DNA of 44,229 nucleotides, taken from positions 73,237,580 to 73,281,808 of the forward strand of contig NC_068983.1 in assembly GCF_001194135.2 (NCBI RefSeq). Direction: 5' to 3'. Made by a program: the position numbers and the translations under genes. The notes under the pieces were generated by a model that ran no database searches, was not told the origin of the DNA, and worked only from the letters and a program-made list of their open reading frames with translations. Positions 36,917-44,229 of this stretch are shown here, piece by piece. Positions within the stretch are counted from its first letter, which is position 1, and each line of letters opens with the position of its first letter. The stretch comes from Octopus bimaculoides (lineage: Eukaryota).

Positions 36917-37629
36917 NNNNNNNNNNNNNNNNNNNNNNNNNNNNNNNNNNNNNNNNNNNNNNNNNNNNNNNNNNNNNNNNNNNNNNNNNNNNNNNNNNNN
37001 NNNNNNNNNNNNNNNNNNNNNNNNNNNNNNNNNNNNNNNNNNNNNNNNNNNNNNNNNNNNNNNNNNNNNNNNNNNNNNNNNNNNNNNNNNNNNNNNNNNN
37101 NNNNNNNNNNNNNNNNNNNNNNNNNNNNNNNNNNNNNNNNNNNNNNNNNNNNNNNNNNNNNNNNNNNNNNNNNNNNNNNNNNNNNNNNNNNNNNNNNNNN
37201 NNNNNNNNNNNNNNNNNNNNNNNNNNNNNNNNNNNNNNNNNNNNNNNNNNNNNNNNNNNNNNNNNNNNNNNNNNNNNNNNNNNNNNNNNNNNNNNNNNNN
37301 NNNNNNNNNNNNNNNNNNNNNNNNNNNNNNNNNNNNNNNNNNNNNNNNNNNNNNNNNNNNNNNNNNNNNNNNNNNNNNNNNNNNNNNNNNNNNNNNNNNN
37401 NNNNNNNNNNNNNNNNNNNNNNNNNNNNNNNNNNNNNNNNNNNNNNNNNNNNNNNNNNNNNNNNNNNNNNNNNNNNNNNNNNNNNNNNNNNNNNNNNNNN
37501 NNNNNNNTTATAACGAGTGAAAAACAAAAATTCTTTCTTTATTATTATTATTATATATTTAGGGCTACAATTCAGAGCCCTGCTAAACAAAAACCAATGA
37601 ATTAACTGAAGTTTATTTCATCTTTACCA

Positions 37630-37650
37630 TCGTCACCAGCACCAGCACTA

Positions 37651-37698
<48 letters not shown>

Positions 37699-37800
37699 CA
37701 CTACTACCACCGCTGCTAATGTGGCTACTACTACTGCTGCCACTTTCACTGCTGCTGCTGCTGCTGCTGCTACTACTACCACCACCACCACCACCAATAA
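37630..37800. repeat. Compound trinucleotide repeat (ACT)n(ACC)n(GCT)n
   Basis: Directly visible. Confidence 0.95.
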
Positions 37801-38705
37801 CAAAAACAAGACTGCCCTAATCACCATAGAAGAATTCGGTAAGCTTCACAAATTATTGTCAGTTGCGCTTTGAAACTGAGGACGTGGACATTTTTGTTGA
37901 CAATTTTGTACTGAAACTAACCCATAATATAGGGGTGTGGCTTTTCTTTTTATCATGGTCCCAATACGAGGCCGTATCCTCGTTCCACCTTTGTGTTTTA
38001 TAAAAAAACAATCCATTTCTTTTTTTAAAAAAATATTTCGAGATGGGAGAGGGATCAAAAAGCGATTTCAAATAGCAACAGAAAGAGTTGCAACAATTTC
38101 AGAATAGTTACAAAGAACAACAAACCAGTGTTGCCGCCTTAGCAACTAAAAGCATTGGCGTACTGTCGAAGTCGCTACTACCACTACAACGTTTTCTCAT
38201 TGCAGAGACATCATATGGATAAGAAATCTTTCGCTGTCATTTGCAACAATGGCGGCAATAGCAACAACAATAACAAGTGACCAAACAAAAATCATATTAT
38301 CGTTTGCCTGCGTAGCGAGTCAATGGACGTCCTATTCGCTGGAAGTAAAAGCAAAAACGATACATCAGACATCTCAGAGTGATGAAATTTCTACCTGAAG
38401 AGATGGGCAACACCCAAACCCAGCTATTACCTATAAATGCGTCAGTCATAGAGAGCGGAAGTTTCAGTATATGACTTCAGTACAAAGCGAAATAGGATAT
38501 CTGCTTTGCAGTTGAGTATGTAACGCGAGGGAGACATCACGAAACGATAGTAACCGACTGCAACAGTAAACAGGAAATTCAAACAGTGGCCACAACCACA
38601 TGCACGTCCGAGGAATTTGTGATAATCCCCCTTTGTAGGTGGCAAAGTCAGTCACCAACATGCTGCCCCAAGCGGACATAGCTCGAGAATGACACCAATG
38701 GCAGA

Positions 38706-39215
38706 ATAACACAAGGAAGCCATAGGATTTAAAGTTTGTTTGTAGCAGAACCGAGCAGAAACTAGAGGTATTGAGACGAATCCTGCGAGAAGTGGTTCAC
38801 TGAAAAGCTTTGTCAACATATACGGATGATGTACTCATAGTAATGTCTGACCAACGGAAGTCGACATGGATCGCACAGGAAACATGAGTTGGTGACAGAC
38901 GCAAAAAATAATAATAATAATAATAATAACTTGGAGAAGTCGCTGTGCTTACAACTAGAGATCTAGAGAGGAACTGGACTGACTGATCATTTAAGTTTGA
39001 TGCTTGGTTTGTTCCCAACTCCTAAGTGGATAGAAATTGGAAAGACTTTAATTAACAGGATAACTGATCACACCCAGAATCGGGCCGGGCGGGAACTATT
39101 CACGAAAATTCAAGCAAAGGTAGCATCATGCCTTGCCCCAGTTATCGTTTAACCAGAACGGAACTGTAGAAAAACTGGATCTAGCAGAATTGGATCTTGC
39201 ATTGTTCCTGTGAAG
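38706..39215 (+). mobile_element. Tx1/L1-clade LINE reverse transcriptase remnant
   Basis: ITQGS..SLFVAEP, QKLEVLR, LSTYTDDVLIVMSD (YADD motif at 38819-38830), HELVTDAK, NLEKS, WFVPNS*VDRNW, KVASCLAPVI. Confidence 0.75.
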
Positions 39216-39789
39216 TAAAAGAAAATTTGGTTTATTTTTTTTGGGGGGGGGGACCGAAAAAGTCTAAACTATTCGAGTTGAAGAAAAATTTTTAAATATT
39301 TGATATATTTTTATATTTGGAAAAACATTATTTACTTGTGCTCTCAATTATCCTGGGAATATTATTTAGGTTATAGCTGATTCTGGTAAAGCGAGATGGA
39401 ATATTGTTGGCCGCAAATATGATAGCAATAGAGCGTACCCCACTTCCCCAGATCTAAAAATGAAACAGAAAAAGACAAACAAAAAATATATCTGGGCAGA
39501 CGAACAGCTTTGAACACAGATATTTGCACTTTTACAAATACAAATGAAATAAGTATCGAAATTAAAGAAACATGGACAGCTTTGCTGGTAATGTGACCTA
39601 AAGAGAAACGCTGGGCACTGCTCAGTTTCAACTAAAGAAAAAAGCAGTGGGAGAGATATGTTCTTACGGAAATAGCAAGAAGGAAAGTGACTCACCTCAA
39701 AGTTTTCCCAAAAACTTAGAGGTGTTCTCAAATGGGTTGGAGGAAATTCTGGCTTATGTGTTGCATGATGTGTACACTAACGGCCGGGA

Positions 39790-40190
39790 AGGGCATGTGT
39801 GAGGGACTGTGTATAATTTTAAAACCGAGGGCGACTGGCGGAGTTATAGTTTCACACATCTACCTTCAATCTGCAGCTGCAATAAACGAGGAGAGGAAAC
39901 AAGGACGACGGCGAGAGATAATACGGATTCTAATTGGTTGTTTGTCAGGGTTGCAGCACAGTACGTACAGGTGGTGAGCATAGAGATGATATATAATAAT
40001 ATGTGGCCCATGGGGGTCTATGGTTACATAGTATTTCATGAACCCCCCCCCCCCCAGGCTATCTCGAAGCTGTAACCCACCATACGAGCAAAAAGAGAGG
40101 TAATCAAACGGAGGTTACAAGCTAGAAATCCCCGTTGCAATATGTGAGCCACCTTAGGGCTTTCTGTCCAGAAGAATTAGAAAAGTAGGG
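39790..40190 (+). mobile_element. Possible Tx1/L1 ORF1 remnant with degenerate zinc knuckle
   Basis: GRRREIIRI, NWLFV, and RNPRC.../SHLRAFCP across frameshifts. Confidence 0.35.
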
Positions 40191-40834
40191 AAGGAGACAA
40201 CAACATTAACAAGCCCTGGATGAAAATTGTTGTTTATAGAGTTCTACCATTCACAACTCCAAAGATATCAAAGGAAATCACTTCTTCGTTGTCAGGAGCT
40301 GACCAGAAAAATGTCGAGAAGCCACTCCTTCAGCATAGATCTGGTTAGAGACCATGTTTTGTAGGAGACAAAAGCTTGTGAAGAATGGTAAAATGTTGTG
40401 GAAAACGTAAAAAAAAAGAAAGACAGGAAACAAGTAAAATGCGGGTACAAACTGAAGGTAAGTAGCATGCAAGAAGGGGATCCCTAACCACTGAGAATAT
40501 ATAGAAGTTTTTCAAGTTGCGAACATGGATCTGATTTATATGTTGAATGACTGGAAAGACTTGCTGTTCCAGAATGAGATAGGGTCAAATTTTAAAGAAC
40601 AATGCTATCTATGTATCAACAGCTAAAGTATAGTTATCAAGAAGTGGGAAGATTTTCGCCTAACCCAAAATCAAAGCTGTTCAAAGGCTCTTTAGGAAAT
40701 ACCAGTTACTAGCACCACGAGTCGAAAGCGATCGGAGTTAGTCGTGGGATACACTGATGTCATGTAGGTGTTGACTTCTCACCCGTACGTACATGAATTG
40801 TCTTTCTTTGTTATATGTGACCGCGCGCGATTTA

Positions 40835-40885
40835 ACAAAGCCTTGTGAGTGGATTTGGTAGACGGAAACTGAAAGAAGCTTGTCG

Positions 40886-40937
<52 letters not shown>

Positions 40938-41125
40938 CAACATCGCTTGACAACCGATGCTGGTGTGTTTACGTCCCCGTAACTTAGCGATTCGGCAAAA
41001 GAAACCGATAGTATAAGTACTAGGCTTACAAAGAATAAGTCCTGGGGTCGATTTTCTCGACTAAAGGCGGTGCTCCAGCATGGCCGCAGTCAAATGACTG
41101 AAACAAGTAAAAGAGTAAAAGAGTA
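40835..41125 (+). mobile_element. SINE family A, 5'-truncated, with internal (TG)n
   Basis: AAAGCCTTGTGAGTGGATTTGGTAGACGG...GAAACAAGTAAAAGAGTAAAAGAG. Confidence 0.92.
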
Positions 41126-41423
41126 TATATATATAACTTTATATGTATAACTTCACATGTCTTGTAATTCTTTCATAACAGGTTATTAAGAATGCATGTG
41201 TTACGAAGAACATTGATATCTGTTTGAGATTTTTGATAAACATACTATTTAGTCTTTTCGTAAACACAAAGCAAAAAAAGTCTTTACTATAAACAACAAA
41301 ACATCGAGAGAGATGAAAACTGTTGTTCTTGGATTGGTGTGATTGTAGCAGCAGTCAAAATGTTAGCTGGTCCATGTGTTACTGTCGCCGTTGGTCTATT
41401 ATGGTTAGCTGGTGGTTATACTA

Positions 41424-41541
41424 CTGTCTTCTGGTAACTCTTGTTCGCCGTCTGTTCATTGCTTTTATGTTGATCCGCTGTCTTCTGATAATTCTCGTTC
41501 GCTGTCTGTTCATTGCTTTTATGTTGATCCGCTGTCTGTTT
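41424..41541. repeat. 54-bp tandem duplication (2.2 units)
   Basis: Units start at 41424, 41478 and 41532. Confidence 0.9.
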
Positions 41542-41768
41542 ACAGTGGGGTTTGCTGAGCTAAATATATAGCGGTGGTTTGGCTCAGAAAGAAGTGTGCC
41601 AAAGATGAAATTGTTGTAGGCCAGATTTTTTTAATGACGCAATTAATATTCTAGTGAATCGTGACACTGAATATAGTGATTTGGTTGTTAAATATTCCAT
41701 ATTGGTAATATATATATATATATACTCTTGTAAGTAAACTAATAAATCGCTATCATCATCATTATTAA

Positions 41769-42470
41769 GGCGGTGAGCTGGCAGAATCGTTAGCACGCCG
41801 GACAAGATGCTTAGTGGCACTTCTAACTTTACGTTCTGAGTTCAAATTCCGCAGAGGTTGATTTTACTTTTCATTCTTTCGGGATCGATAAAATAAGTAC
41901 CAGTTGAGCACTGGGGTCGATGTTATCAATTTATCCGCTCCCCTGAATTTGCTGGCATTGTGCCAAAATTTGAAATTGTTAGTAGTAGTAGTAGTAGTAT
42001 AAAGCAGTTAAGTACTGGGGCCGATGTGATCGACTTGCAACCTCAAAAATTAGAAAGAATTATTATTATTATTGTTGTTGTTAAAGAGCATTGTTCTTTG
42101 CATATTCCACCGAATTCGACTGATTCTTACCTATCCGGAGTCGATACAATATAAATACCAGTTAAATACTGAGCTCTATTAAATAAATTATACCAAACAC
42201 ATTGATATAAAATTGTGGTGTTTTCTCGGGGTATGAAACCATTATTAATACTTATAGCTAAAGCGAGGGATACCAGATACGATAGAGTGCCTTGGTGTAG
42301 TTAACCACGCCTCCTTACGTTCTGAATTCAACTCCCGCCACTGTTGCTTTTGCCTTTTATTCTACAGCGATCGATAAATTAAGTACCAGACTAGTCAAGT
42401 ATTTTTGTCGATTTGATCGAACATGCTCTCTCCCACCAAAACGTATGGCCTTGCGCCTTGCATCAGCGTT
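41769..42470 (+). mobile_element. SINE family D: one intact copy (41769-41999) plus 2-3 degenerate head-to-tail copies
   Basis: A-box TGGCAGAATCG, B-box GAGTTCAAATTCC, central TTTCATTCTTTCGGGATCGATAAAATAAGTACCAG, (AGT)n tail. Confidence 0.85.
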
Positions 42471-43329
42471 AAAAATCAATATTATTAACGCATTGTTATG
42501 GCAGATTGCCTGACTAAAGCCCTTTCAGCATTTAGTTTCGTCAAATGTGAATGTACGATGGAGTAAATGTATTGTATTCAATAGTAAAAGTTTTAGCCAT
42601 CACAACACTGTAATCTAATAGACTGGATAAATATAAACATATGTCTTTTCAGTATTTTCTTTGAAGATTTATCGCAAGTAGGACAGAAATCGGTCAGATC
42701 GATCCCTCTTTTTCTGCCCACGAAGTGATTGGAACAAAAAACATTTGTTTATATTCGTCTAGTTTGTATGATCACACGCTGCAGTAACAGTTTAAATTTG
42801 TAGAGTTTATATAGCATATATGCTATTGTACATTTCCATTATCCTAAGGCATGTTCCTTAGCTCAATAATTACTTCGTTTTCCGGTTGAGGACGGTCCGA
42901 CCTCAAAGACACACCTAAATTTTGACTTGAAATTTTGGGGAAAGAAAAAACAAACGTAAAAACATACTTTTATATAGTTTACTGAAATGTTTTGTGAGTG
43001 CCTAAGCGACATATAAATCCGGGCAATCACAGTAAGGAAAACTGAATTGTTTTTCTTATTAATCTTACAGTATGGAGACATAGGAAGTTTAACATGAGTA
43101 ATCCTCACCTGGGGCTCCTGTGTCAAATTGCATTATGAGAAATGTAACCTTCGTCCGCTTGGACGCACAGTAAATTTTCGAGATATAGGTTAGGGAGGAA
43201 AAATAGTCTCTTCGAACCAGGAAATATAGTAATTAGTAAAACTAACGACAAGCATAGTGCTATCTATTTAAAATGAATGTTCGAGTTCAATGATGTCCTT
43301 TAGTATAGTGAACACACACACACACACAC

Positions 43330-43682
43330 GCTCTTTTACTTGTTTTAGTCATTTGACTGTGGCCATGCTGGAGCACTACCTTTAGTCGAACAAATCGACC
43401 CCATGACTTATTCTTTGTAAGCCTTTTACTTATTCTATGGTTACTTTTGCCGAACCGCTAAGTAACGGGGATGTAAACACGAACATCGGTTGTCAAGCGA
43501 TGGTGGGGAGACAAACACAGACACGACGGGCTTCTTCCAGTTTTCCGTCTACCAAATCCACTCACAAGGCTTTGGTCGGCTCGAGGCTATAGTTGAAGAT
43601 ACTTTCCCAAGGTGCTACGCAGTAGGACTGAACCCGGAATTATGAGGTTGAGAAGCAAGCTTCTTACTACACAGCCACTCCT
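43330..43682 (-). mobile_element. SINE family A, near full length
   Basis: Reverse complement of the family head, body and tail. Confidence 0.9.
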
Positions 43683-43909
43683 TTTTCTTCTTCCAGTAAT
43701 ACATTGAGGATAATTCAGTCGATTAGAGAATCCTACAACAATATTGATGAACCATGAAGAATCCTAACCAACCCATAAAGGAGTATCCACGAGGTCACTC
43801 AACTAGCAAGCAATAGTAGCTAAATCCCTCTCAAATCATACACCCTACTGTATTAAAAGGAAAAAAAGGTGCACAAGATAATATAATGAATGATTACATT
43901 TTGAAAAGT

Positions 43910-44229
43910 GGAGGCGCAATGGCCCAGTGGTTAGGGCAGCGGACTCGTGGTCATAGGATCGCGGTTTCGATTCCCAGACCGGGAGTTGTGAGTGTTTATT
44001 GAGCGAAAACATCTAAAGCACCACGAGGCTCCGGCAGGGGATGGTGGCGAACCCTGCTGTACTCTTTCACCACAACTTTCTCTCACTCTTACTTCCTGTT
44101 TCTGTTGTGCCTGTAATTCAAAGGGTCAGCCTTGTCACACTGTGTCACGCTGAATCTCCCCGAGAATTACGTTAAGGGTACACGTGTCTGTGGAGTGCTC
44201 AGCCACTTGCACGTTAATTTCACGAGCAG
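43910..44229 (+). mobile_element. SINE family B, running off the window end
   Basis: Near-identical to 15248 onward. Confidence 0.93.

Noticed and set aside
43070-43140. Strong splice-like motifs (CAG|GTGAGG on minus, TTACAG on plus)
   Set aside because: The phase-0 frame has an upstream stop and no ATG. The alternative MQFDTGAP is phase 1 and not signal-like.

Overview
Repeat-dense, AT-rich eukaryotic genomic DNA. It is most likely Octopus, inferred from the tRNA-derived SINE families, MITEs and (TA)n/(CA)n load, and it comes from a gapped short-read scaffold. Only one host coding exon is supportable: a 499-nt minus-strand exon (18261-18759, canonical AG/GT, phase 0 to phase 1). It encodes four TNFR cysteine-rich domains with 24 Cys spaced like p75NTR/NGFR (TNFRSF16). 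Its signal-peptide, transmembrane and death-domain exons were not found in the window. The rest is intron-like: about 25 SINE copies in four families (my labels A-D), decayed non-LTR retrotransposons (Hero-like, R4/Dong-like, RTE, I/Jockey-like, Tx1/L1), mariner ends, hAT and other MITEs, and microsatellites. A mis-ordered contig lies at 11.4-14.5 kb. Best second-look items: the single-exon p75-like ectodomain flanked by inverted young SINEs; an ungapped 85-nt hairpin whose only non-Watson-Crick pairs are G-U or U-U (3075-3159); a hammerhead-ribozyme-like motif set (1944-2060, minus); and an inverted ETS-CRE motif pair (35601-35881). All similarity calls are by eye, with no database search.
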